Of a stretch of 64,000 nt of DNA, positions 8,474 through 16,659 are shown piece after piece. Position 1 is the first letter of the stretch. Each line of letters opens with the position of its first letter. The position numbers were made by a program, and so were the translations under genes. The DNA is from Candidatus Omnitrophota bacterium. Its GTDB lineage: Bacteria > Omnitrophota > Gorgyraeia > Zapsychrales > JBAZNR01. Location: NCBI GenBank assembly GCA_041649175.1, contig JBAZNR010000003.1, forward strand, positions 143,449 to 207,448, given 5' to 3'. The notes beneath the pieces were generated by a model. It ran no database searches. It worked only from the letters and a program-made list of their open reading frames with translations, and had not been told where the DNA came from.

Positions 8474-9634
8474 ATGCGCGTCATATCCATAGCGAACCAA
8501 AAAGGTGGTTGCGGGAAGACGACAACGTCCATTAATCTGGCGGCGGCTTTAGCTGCTCAAGGAAAGAAGGTTCTCCTTTTAGATCTAGATCCTCAGTCGC
8601 ACGCGTCATTGGGATTAAATGTTGAGTCGCAAAATAGCATTTACAATGTCATCTCGCGCTTAACGCCGCATAAATTGGGCATTCAAGACATTATTATCAG
8701 TTTGCCTGACAGCTTTGATATTCTGCCGTCCAATGTTTTAGTCGGGACCCTGGAACAAGAATTGGCGGATGAGATCGGCCGTGAATTAAAGTTGGTGGAA
8801 GCCCTTTCACGCTTAGAAGGGCAGTATGACTATGTTCTTATTGATTGCCCTCCCAGCCTTGGGTTTTTAACGGTCAATGCTATTCGTGCCAGCCAAGAGA
8901 TCATTATTCCGGTTGAAACAAGCCGGTTTTCAATGCAAGGCGTTGAGCGGCTCATGGACATCGTCCATCTTATCAAAGATAGGCTAAATCACACGGTTGT
9001 TGCTAAAGTTTTAGTGACCATGTTCGATTCGCGTTTACGGCATTCGTTTCTCATGCTCGCTAAGATCAAAGAACGGTTTAACGCGATGATCTTTGATACG
9101 ATCATTCACGTGAACGTTAAGCTGAAGGAATCCATTGTTATGGGCCAAACCGTGGCAAGTTATGACAAATATTGCCGCGGGGCTAAAGATTATTCAAGCT
9201 TGGCCAGAGAGCTTTTGCGCGCCAACAATGAGGAGGAAGTGATCGCCTCCTCCATTGCTCGACGGGTAGCTATTGAAACAGATGCGCCCATGCAAAACTC
9301 GTCACGGATACAGCAGTTTATGGAAGAAAGCGCGGCAGAAAGCGCAACAGAAGCTGCTATAGAAAATATTTCAGCACCCGAAGCGGTCTTCTCGCTGGAT
9401 GCGCCGTTTGCCCGCTCAGTTTATGTTGTAGGCAGTTTTAATGAGTGGGGTATTGATGAATCGTTTCGCATGCAAAAAGAAAACGACAAGTGGATCTTAA
9501 AGGCCTCATTGAAACCGGGCCGTTATCGCTATCGTTTTATCGTCGATGGGAAATGGCAGGAAGATCCCGAAAATCCGCAAAACGAAAAAAATCCTTTTGG
9601 TGAGATCGACTCTTTAGTTGAGGTTGGACAATGA
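8474..9634 (+). CDS. ParA/Soj/MinD-family P-loop ATPase fused to a C-terminal CBM48/AMPK-beta glycogen-binding domain
   Basis: Deviant Walker A NQKGGCGKTTTSINLAAALA, then LLLDLDPQ and DYVLIDCPPSLG (ParA signatures). The C-terminal ~85 aa (SVYVVGSFNEWGIDESFRMQKENDKWILKASLKPGRYRYRFIVDGKWQEDPENP) matches the CBM48/AMPK1_CBM glycogen-binding pattern. RBS AAAGGAGGA. Confidence 0.85.
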   Translation: MRVISIANQKGGCGKTTTSINLAAALAAQGKKVLLLDLDPQSHASLGLNVESQNSIYNVISRLTPHKLGIQDIIISLPDSFDILPSNVLVGTLEQELADEIGRELKLVEALSRLEGQYDYVLIDCPPSLGFLTVNAIRASQEIIIPVETSRFSMQGVERLMDIVHLIKDRLNHTVVAKVLVTMFDSRLRHSFLMLAKIKERFNAMIFDTIIHVNVKLKESIVMGQTVASYDKYCRGAKDYSSLARELLRANNEEEVIASSIARRVAIETDAPMQNSSRIQQFMEESAAESATEAAIENISAPEAVFSLDAPFARSVYVVGSFNEWGIDESFRMQKENDKWILKASLKPGRYRYRFIVDGKWQEDPENPQNEKNPFGEIDSLVEVGQ

Positions 9635-9954
9635 CAGAAAATGCTCCGATCAACGAAAAAGAGATCTTAGATGGAAAAATATACGCCGTTTTATCCTATA
9701 TCTCGATTTTGTGCATTAGCCCGATCATATTTAAAAGAGAAAATGCATTTGCGTTATCACACGGAAAACAAGGCTTGATCATATTCGTCGGACAAGTTGC
9801 GGTTCTTATCTTGAGTATTGTTTTTCCCTGGGTTCTCCGTCCCGCGATGTTTTTGCTCTTCTCCTTGGCATTCTGGGGCATTATTGAGGCTTTGCGAGGG
9901 CATTATGTAAGATTGCCGCTCGTATCGGATATTGCGGATAAAATCACATTATAG
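9631..9954 (+). CDS. DUF4870-family small membrane protein
   Basis: GKIYAVLSYISILCISPIIFKRENAFALSHGKQGLII followed by two TM helices, as in DUF4870. ATGA-coupled to the ParA-CBM48 gene. Confidence 0.65.
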   Translation: MTENAPINEKEILDGKIYAVLSYISILCISPIIFKRENAFALSHGKQGLIIFVGQVAVLILSIVFPWVLRPAMFLLFSLAFWGIIEALRGHYVRLPLVSDIADKITL

Positions 9955-9991
9955 CCAGAAATTCTTGGCGTAATGTCTTTCAGAATATCTT

Positions 9992-10546
9992 ATGGCGCTA
10001 TTTCGTCGGATCCTGGAGTCACTCAAGAAAAAATTCCGTCTTTTACCCTCACGACGACGTTTAAAGCGCCGCTCTCCCGCCAAAAAAACAAAAAAACGAT
10101 CGGCTCGCCCCCCAAAGAGTTCTTTAAAACGGGTTTTAAAATCATCCAAGTCTAAAAAACGCATACGAAGACCTGTCGGGCCCAAAAAGGTAAAAACTTT
10201 TAAGGCCAAGGTTCGTTTTACTAAAAAGAAGCCTTCGAAGAAGCTTTTAAAAGGTCGTTCATTGAAGCCCAAAGAAAAGAGCTTAGCGCAAACTGAGGGC
10301 TTTTATGTAGGCGAAATAACGCATTTCTTCTCCAAAATAAAAGTTTGTGTTGTGAGGATCGATAACGGCTCAATTATCGTCGGAGATAAGTTGCGCATTG
10401 AGGGCGGTTCCGGCCATTTTATTCAAAAAGTAATTTCGCTTCAAATTGAGAATAAAGATGTTAAAATAGCAAACAAAGGCCAGTTGGTCGGCCTAAAGGT
10501 TAATAAGAAAACACGTCCCGGAAGCAAGGCCTATAAGATCTCTTAA
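9992..10546 (+). CDS. Protein with an extremely K/R-rich ~95-aa N-terminal tail and a C-terminal beta-barrel domain (translation-factor domain-II-like)
   Basis: The N-terminus is about 45% Lys/Arg (SRRRLKRRSPAKKTKKRSARPPK and similar). The C-terminal segment GEITHFFSKIKVCVVRIDNGSIIVGDKLRIEGG...VISLQIENKDVKIANKGQLVGLKV resembles an EF-Tu domain-2-type barrel. Confidence 0.5.
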   Translation: MALFRRILESLKKKFRLLPSRRRLKRRSPAKKTKKRSARPPKSSLKRVLKSSKSKKRIRRPVGPKKVKTFKAKVRFTKKKPSKKLLKGRSLKPKEKSLAQTEGFYVGEITHFFSKIKVCVVRIDNGSIIVGDKLRIEGGSGHFIQKVISLQIENKDVKIANKGQLVGLKVNKKTRPGSKAYKIS

Positions 10547-10556
10547 GAGGTGCCGT

Positions 10557-10736
10557 ATGAAAGACAAAGCTGGACAAAATACGTTTGAATATATTCTGCT
10601 ATTGGCGGCAGTTGTCGCTGTTTTTATTGTTTTTCTAAATCCTAGCGGGATATTTAGGGGGAAAGTGGAAAGAATTCTCAATACGATCCCCGATCAAGTT
10701 AATTCAATGGCGCGCAATATCCATTTTGAAGAATAA
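10557..10736 (+). CDS. Unannotated 59-aa ORF: Flp/Fap-type pilin-like protein (class III signal peptide)
   Basis: MKDKAGQNTFEYILLLAAVVAVFIVFL fits the Flp prepilin motif: G, then Q/A-x-x-x-E-Y, then a hydrophobic helix. RBS AGAGG 6 nt upstream. One codon below the 60-aa ORF-track cutoff. Confidence 0.5.
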   Translation: MKDKAGQNTFEYILLLAAVVAVFIVFLNPSGIFRGKVERILNTIPDQVNSMARNIHFEE

Positions 10737-10745
10737 TACATTTCT

Positions 10746-11156
10746 ATGGCTCTTTTAGATAAAAATGATAAGAAGCTGGTCAAACGCTATTTAGTATGGT
10801 GTTATAAAACGACTAAAGAAGAGCTTGACCGGGTTGATAGGAAGTTTACTCAGCTCAAAGTAGATGATTTTATTTTGCGTCAGCTGACGGATAAATCAGC
10901 GCAGTCGCAATACAAGAAGCTTCTTAATGATTTTCGTTTGTATATTGCCAAAAAACATGGGGAAGCGCAGGCTGATAAGTTTTCTGGCAATGGGAGTAAG
11001 GCTGTTCGATGCGAATATTTATTTCTAAAAAATCGTTTTGCGGCTATTGAAAAAGCGATCGCATTTTTCTTAGGGAAAAAAGAACTGAAAGTCATCGCCG
11101 CGCTTTACGAACAAGAAATGACGGCGCGTATTTTGCAGTCACGGGAACACACATAA
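10746..11156 (+). CDS. Hypothetical protein
   Basis: Clean 136-aa ORF in the operon context. No recognisable family. Confidence 0.45.
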   Translation: MALLDKNDKKLVKRYLVWCYKTTKEELDRVDRKFTQLKVDDFILRQLTDKSAQSQYKKLLNDFRLYIAKKHGEAQADKFSGNGSKAVRCEYLFLKNRFAAIEKAIAFFLGKKELKVIAALYEQEMTARILQSREHT

Positions 11157-11168
11157 TTCTTTTTAAAT

Positions 11169-12065
11169 ATGTCTAACTCTGAAATCATAAATCGCAAAGA
11201 CCCCTTAACCGGATTTCACACCAAAGACGGGCTTTTCGAATATCTTAACTCTAAGATCGTCTCTGTTTATGAAAAAGCCGGACGCCTGTCTGTTATTATT
11301 CTCGACATAGATAAATTTAAACACATCAATGATACCTATGGCCATCCCGTCGGAGATGATGCCTTGCGACATTTTTCCGCGATCATTAATAAAGCCTTAA
11401 GAGGCCAGCATTTTGTGGCGCGTTATGGCGGCGATGAGTTTGTTATTGTGATGCCGGACAATGCAGAGTGCAAAGAGAGCTTGGAAATTGCCGCGCGTAT
11501 TAAGTCGATGCTCAGCAAAGAGCAGTTTTATACAATCCGTGATCACATCAGGATGAACTCTTCCATTGGCATTGCGACTTATCCGACTGACGCGAAAACA
11601 GCCAAAGACTTGCTTTCTATGGCGGATGAGGCGCTCTATTATGCCAAGCGGCATGGCCGCAATAAGGTCATCATGTCAAAAAGCCTTCGCTCGCGCTCTA
11701 CTAAGGACACTATTTTCAAATTTATCGGATTTCTTGTTCTTGTCTTTTTTGGGGCTGTTGTCTTTTTCTCGTATGCCGGAACGGATTCTCTTAAGGGAGT
11801 TGCGGCCTATTGCCAGGATATTAAAAACTATACGGCCTATTTTACTTATGTAAAAACAAAGAACCGCAATTATTGTTTACTGGAATTAACCGATGGGAAA
11901 AAGATAGAAGGCTGGATCATTGAAGAAAGCGGGGGGTCTCTCGTTATTAGCTTAACGAAACCGGAACTCAACCTTAATCCGATGCGGAAAAATTTTACAG
12001 CGTTGATACAGACGATTAGAATCCCGAAATCAAATATCGTCTCATCAGTAAGAACAATGAAATAA
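11169..12065 (+). CDS. Diguanylate cyclase (GGDEF domain) with a C-terminal TM segment and a small extra domain
   Basis: Active-site RYGGDEF. GGDEF core motifs DPLTGFHTKDG and DIDKFKHINDTYGHPVGD. Hydrophobic helix FIGFLVLVFFGAVVFF after the catalytic domain. Confidence 0.85.
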   Translation: MSNSEIINRKDPLTGFHTKDGLFEYLNSKIVSVYEKAGRLSVIILDIDKFKHINDTYGHPVGDDALRHFSAIINKALRGQHFVARYGGDEFVIVMPDNAECKESLEIAARIKSMLSKEQFYTIRDHIRMNSSIGIATYPTDAKTAKDLLSMADEALYYAKRHGRNKVIMSKSLRSRSTKDTIFKFIGFLVLVFFGAVVFFSYAGTDSLKGVAAYCQDIKNYTAYFTYVKTKNRNYCLLELTDGKKIEGWIIEESGGSLVISLTKPELNLNPMRKNFTALIQTIRIPKSNIVSSVRTMK

Positions 12066-12070
12066 TAAAA

Positions 12071-12349
12071 TTAGAATTTTGTGGTACGCGGCTGATCGTT
12101 GAAGGTATTGTGATAGCGTTGAATTTGGTGCTGGGAGTCTTCGGTAAATTTTCTTTGGGCAATTTCGCTATTTTGGATGATCGCATCTTCTGCTTTTTGC
12201 AGTTGCTCAAATTCAAGCGCCGGGTCGTTACTGGTCGTGGCGGAGGTTGATTGAAAGGCCTTGTGAATACTTCCTAAATACGAAGAAAACATGCCAATGC
12301 CCCAGCCAAGGATCAAAATGAACATAAAGGGCAAGTAGAACTTTTTCAT
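12071..12349 (-). CDS. Small hypothetical membrane or secreted protein
   Basis: Minus-strand ORF with the start placed at MKKFYLPFMFILILGWGIGMF (signal/TM-like). Convergent with the GGDEF gene. No strong RBS. Confidence 0.3.
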   Translation of the reverse strand: MKKFYLPFMFILILGWGIGMFSSYLGSIHKAFQSTSATTSNDPALEFEQLQKAEDAIIQNSEIAQRKFTEDSQHQIQRYHNTFNDQPRTTKF

Positions 12350-12437
12350 AGGGTTATTATAGGAAGAGAACTTGAAATAATAAAGGAAATTATTTTTTAC
12401 TTCAAAGGTTTTAAAAAAGAAATTATTTCTACTCTGC

Positions 12438-14153
12438 ATGATTCTTCAACAAAAACCACGGCTAATTGATGTCCTTCTCCTAGGATTCTTTACTATTCTC
12501 ATTACATTCCAGCCTTTTTATCTTCACGATGATATTATCATGATGGAATCAGGGATACATCTTCCGGTTATCAACGCTGTTTTTCATGGTTTGGTTCCTT
12601 ATCGGGATGTTTTCTTTTTGAGAGGTCCTTTAGAGCTGTATGTGCCGGCGCTAGGAATGCTGTTGTTTGGAAAAAACGCAGCAATTTTACCTACATTTTA
12701 TTATCTTGGGACAATTGCAACACTTTTGCTTTGGGTTTTTATGGCAGCGCAGATCTTCCGAACAAGACTTATTTTGTATCTGGCAATTCCTGTCCTTATT
12801 GCCAGGACATTCCCTCGAGTATCATTCAACTATTGGGGCGGAATGCGGTATGCCATGAGCCTTTTGCCGCTCTTACTCTTTATTATTTTCCTAAAGCGAA
12901 GAAGATTTCGATGGGTGTTTTTCAGCGGCGTTATTTCCGCTGCGGCTCTCCTGACAACCATTGAAGCTGGTTTTTGTGCCACTGTATCCGTCAGCTTCGC
13001 TTTTGTTTTTGCTCTAGTTTTTAAAATAGAAGATCGGCGTTTTCTTCTGAAAGGGATGGCAATTTATGGATTTGGCGTTTTGTGCCTGCTGTTTCCATCT
13101 GCAATTTATTTGATATGGACAAACTCGCTTGTTCCTTTCTTTGACTCAACCCATGCTGTCATCAGGAATCTCTACATTGCTTTTCCTGATGCTCCTGGTA
13201 ATCATCCTGAAAGCTTTGTGGAATTCTTGTCAGCGTTGTGGCCTGGCAGTCGATTCTTCAAGTTTATGACGCCGATTTATTGCTATCTTGTTTTTCTTGT
13301 GTTTTTTGTCTATGTGTTGCGTTTCAAAAAAATAAGCCAGGAACGAATCATTGCTCTTTTTAGCTTGATGGTTTATGGAAGTATCTTGTATATTTCTGCG
13401 TTTCGTAAAATTGAAGGACACCATTTTGAAATGGCGTTGCAGCCAGAAAAACTTTTGTTGTTTTTCATGCTAGAGGAAGTATTTCTATTCTTTAAGGAGA
13501 GAATTTCTTTGATTAAAGCGGCCAGTGCGCAACAAGGGCAGAAATCCAGATCTTGGAAAATCGTAGCAATGTATTGTTTTATTGCGTGTCTTATTCTGTC
13601 ATCGGTGATTTATTCAATCGAACGTTACAATAAGCGATTTGTCATGTCCAAGGTATTCGGCAGGCTGCTTGCGGGTAAGCCCATCTCTGACCTTTCTCCG
13701 CTAGCTGGAAGATCAAAGATGCTGGCGATTGATCGAGCCAAGGGGATGGTTGTCCCCAAGGAGCAAGCGGATGAAATAACAACCGTAGTTGATTTTATAT
13801 CCAGAAATACCAAATCAACAGATGTTGTTTTTACGCCTCCGGAGCTTGGTACATATAATTTTCTTTTTGATCGCCCTTTTGTTGGGCGCTTTGCGGTTGT
13901 AACGGCATCTTGGCTAAAAGAAGATTGGTGGCAAGAACTTATTAACGATTTTAAGGAAGTCAATCCGGAATATGCTGTGATGACCAATGTTGATGATGTA
14001 AGTTTCCCCTCGGAATGGTATTTTCGTAATCCGCGTAATATTGAGCGATATGAAGAACTGACCCAGCTGGTTTTGGGTCGTTATGATGTCGTAAAATCGT
14101 TGCCGTCCGTTTCGATTTATCGCCTAAAGCATTCGTATCGGTTGGCTGAATAA
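12438..14153 (+). CDS. Polytopic integral membrane protein, paralog A, with a C-terminal soluble domain
   Basis: About 9-11 predicted TM helices, then a ~200-aa hydrophilic domain. Shares long conserved blocks with the next gene (LPVINAVFHGLVPYRDVFFLRGPLELYVPA, FEMALQPEK, GMVVPKEQA, ELGTYNFLFDRPF). Confidence 0.65.
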   Translation: MILQQKPRLIDVLLLGFFTILITFQPFYLHDDIIMMESGIHLPVINAVFHGLVPYRDVFFLRGPLELYVPALGMLLFGKNAAILPTFYYLGTIATLLLWVFMAAQIFRTRLILYLAIPVLIARTFPRVSFNYWGGMRYAMSLLPLLLFIIFLKRRRFRWVFFSGVISAAALLTTIEAGFCATVSVSFAFVFALVFKIEDRRFLLKGMAIYGFGVLCLLFPSAIYLIWTNSLVPFFDSTHAVIRNLYIAFPDAPGNHPESFVEFLSALWPGSRFFKFMTPIYCYLVFLVFFVYVLRFKKISQERIIALFSLMVYGSILYISAFRKIEGHHFEMALQPEKLLLFFMLEEVFLFFKERISLIKAASAQQGQKSRSWKIVAMYCFIACLILSSVIYSIERYNKRFVMSKVFGRLLAGKPISDLSPLAGRSKMLAIDRAKGMVVPKEQADEITTVVDFISRNTKSTDVVFTPPELGTYNFLFDRPFVGRFAVVTASWLKEDWWQELINDFKEVNPEYAVMTNVDDVSFPSEWYFRNPRNIERYEELTQLVLGRYDVVKSLPSVSIYRLKHSYRLAE

Positions 14154-14162
14154 AGGAGTAAT

Positions 14163-15827
14163 GTGAACACCGAAAAAAGACTAGGATTTCTTGACGTTCT
14201 TTTGCTTTCTTTATTTATTGTGGTCATTACGTATTATCCGTATTATTTGCACGGAAAAATTAATATTTTTGAAATTGGACTATATTTGCCGGGAATTAAT
14301 GCCGTTTTGCACGGGCTGGTCCCTTATAGGGATTTCTTTCAATTGCGGGGTCCTTTGGAATTGTATGTTCCGGCGGCAATGATGTCCGTTCTTGGCGTGA
14401 ATATACCTGTCTTGTCAGTTTACTTTTATGTGGGAACGGTCTTAACTCTTATTATTGCCGTTTTGATCGCCAAAGAAATCTTTAAGACAAGATGTGTTCT
14501 TTATTTATTTGCCGCGGTTTTAGTCGCGCGGACGTTTCCCAGGGTGGTTTTTACCTATTGGGGAGGAATGCGTTATGCGCTTGGTTTATTAGCGGTTTTT
14601 TGTGTTGTGAAATTTTTCAAGCGAGAAAAACCGATTTGGATGTTTTTTGCAGGCATCGCGTCTATTTGCGGATTGTTGACGAGTGTTGAGATCGGCGTAT
14701 ATTCTGTTGCGGGAGTTCTTGCGGCGATCTCGGTTTCTTATGCCTTTCGCCTTCAAGACAAAAATATTATTTGGCGCGCCGGTTTATTTTATATTGCCGG
14801 CGCAGCGGTCATCATTGTGCCGTATGTTCTATATCTTGTCTTTACTAATTCTTTCATTCCTTTTGTGGATACGATTTATGCGGTTGTGATCAGGAAAGAA
14901 ACCATCATTAACCAGCATGCAATCTCTAATATTCCCAGTAATCTTTTTGAAGCATTAGCGGCCATGACCAATCCGTCAGCAAAGAATTTCCGGCATATGA
15001 CGCCGGCCTATCTTTATCTTTTGCTTGCCGGGTATTTGATCGTTGAAATGCGAAATAAAAAGCTTTCGCGAGAATCAGCGATGCTCGTTTGTATCGGGAT
15101 TTATGGTTTTGTTATGTACAATACGGCCTTTCGCGGTATTTGGGCGCAACAGTTTGAAATGGCGCTGCAGCCGGAAAAGATATTGTTTTTCTTTCTTTTA
15201 GAGCGGGCATATTTTTACTTGAAGGACAAGGAAATTAGAATTTCTAGAATTCAGGTAAGCGTAGCATTTCTAACTCTGATTGTTTTTTCATCCCTCGGTT
15301 ATTCGATCGCGAGATATAATCATCGTTTTTTTGCGTTTCAGTATGTTAGAAATCTTATTTCGGGAAAAGACACAAAATCGTTGGTTCCTTTGAAAGATGT
15401 TGCACTGCGGCCCATCCAGATTGAAAGGGCCAGGGGAATGGTTGTTCCGGTCGAGCAGGCACATGAGATGGAGTCGATCGTTAATTTTATCGACGAGAAA
15501 TCGAGCCGAGAAGATATCGTTTTTACGTATCCGGAATTGGGGACGTATAATTTTCTTTTTGACCGCCCGTTTTTAGGCAGGTTTCCTATCGCAACGTTTT
15601 CTTGGTTTAATGAGCGTTGGCATCGGGAACTGATCTCTGACCTTGAAACTATCAAGCCACGCTGGGTTATCTTTGGAAAAAAATACGATCCAAATTGGCA
15701 GGCTGTTTATTTAGGGCAAGAAGAAAACGTTAAGAAATATAATGACGTTGTGCGTATTATAGAAAATGATTATGTTTTAGTTAAGGAGATGCCTGAATCC
15801 GGCACCTATATTTATAAACATAAATAA
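14163..15827 (+). CDS. Polytopic integral membrane protein, paralog B (tandem duplicate of 12438..14153)
   Basis: Same architecture and the same conserved blocks (LPGINAVLHGLVPYRDFFQLRGPLELYVPA, FEMALQPEK, GMVVPVEQA, ELGTYNFLFDRPF). Confidence 0.65.
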   Translation: MNTEKRLGFLDVLLLSLFIVVITYYPYYLHGKINIFEIGLYLPGINAVLHGLVPYRDFFQLRGPLELYVPAAMMSVLGVNIPVLSVYFYVGTVLTLIIAVLIAKEIFKTRCVLYLFAAVLVARTFPRVVFTYWGGMRYALGLLAVFCVVKFFKREKPIWMFFAGIASICGLLTSVEIGVYSVAGVLAAISVSYAFRLQDKNIIWRAGLFYIAGAAVIIVPYVLYLVFTNSFIPFVDTIYAVVIRKETIINQHAISNIPSNLFEALAAMTNPSAKNFRHMTPAYLYLLLAGYLIVEMRNKKLSRESAMLVCIGIYGFVMYNTAFRGIWAQQFEMALQPEKILFFFLLERAYFYLKDKEIRISRIQVSVAFLTLIVFSSLGYSIARYNHRFFAFQYVRNLISGKDTKSLVPLKDVALRPIQIERARGMVVPVEQAHEMESIVNFIDEKSSREDIVFTYPELGTYNFLFDRPFLGRFPIATFSWFNERWHRELISDLETIKPRWVIFGKKYDPNWQAVYLGQEENVKKYNDVVRIIENDYVLVKEMPESGTYIYKHK

Positions 15828-15869
15828 AACCTATGATGTTCACTCATATGCGATAATCATATTCGAGGA

Positions 15870-16601
15870 TTGATAATGGGAAGCCAGAAAATCAAAAAAC
15901 GATTATTTAAGATCAGGGCATTATTTTGGAAAGTTTATTCTTTCTTTTTGTTGCGCTATGCGTCATTTACGACCAATCACCTCAAAGCGCGGATAAAGTC
16001 CTTTTCGATTGATAAACTGCATATTGGATGCGGGCATATTCTTGTTCCCGGGTGGCTTAATATAAGCCTCGAAAAAGACAGGGAATACGGGCGCCTTATT
16101 AGAATGGATAATGGCGCTTTCTTTTTGAACTATAATTTGCTTAAAAGTTGGCCGGTAGAAGAGGATTCGGTTGTGCATATTGCCGCAAGTCATTTTATTG
16201 AGCACTTCGACTTAAACCAGGGAATGAATTTTACAAAAGAATGTTTTCGTGTCCTTAAAAAAGGCGGAGTTATCCGCTTGAGTTGCCCCGACCTGGAAAT
16301 TTACGCGCGTAATTATGTTGCCAACAATCAGAAATTCTTTGATCATGAGCTTATTCGAGAATGGTGTTGTTTCAAAGCGGCGGCAACACCCGGAGAGGTT
16401 TTTATCGCCAAAGCCTATGACAGCGGCGGTAGTCATAAGTGGTTTTATGATTTTGCGTCGCTCAAGCACATTCTAGAGACGGCCGGATTCCAGGATGTTG
16501 TCCGACGAGACCGTTTAACGGGGACAACGCCGAATTTAAGCATTATTGAACCGGACAAAAGAGAACTTGAGACCGTTTACGTTGAAGCAATTAAGAGGTA
16601 A
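15870..16601 (+). CDS. Class I SAM-dependent methyltransferase (Methyltransf_11-like)
   Basis: LHIGCG...PGWLNI...VHIAASHFIEHF...RVLKKGGVIRLSCP follows the Methyltransf_11/23 pattern. Confidence 0.65.
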   Translation: MIMGSQKIKKRLFKIRALFWKVYSFFLLRYASFTTNHLKARIKSFSIDKLHIGCGHILVPGWLNISLEKDREYGRLIRMDNGAFFLNYNLLKSWPVEEDSVVHIAASHFIEHFDLNQGMNFTKECFRVLKKGGVIRLSCPDLEIYARNYVANNQKFFDHELIREWCCFKAAATPGEVFIAKAYDSGGSHKWFYDFASLKHILETAGFQDVVRRDRLTGTTPNLSIIEPDKRELETVYVEAIKR

Positions 16602-16659
16602 AATATCTTTACGCGTGTGTAAGGCTCTAAAAGCAGGAACAGCTTATTAAAGGCAAGTT

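Noticed and set aside
11880-12065. PilZ c-di-GMP-binding domain at the C-terminus of the GGDEF protein
   Set aside because: Only a loose resemblance (EESGGS versus D/NxSxxG). No proper RxxxR motif at the right spacing.
13625-15655. Two minus-strand ORFs (13625..13987 and 15338..15655) that resemble each other
   Set aside because: Their similarity only mirrors the + strand paralogy of the two membrane-protein genes they overlap. They are not independent genes.
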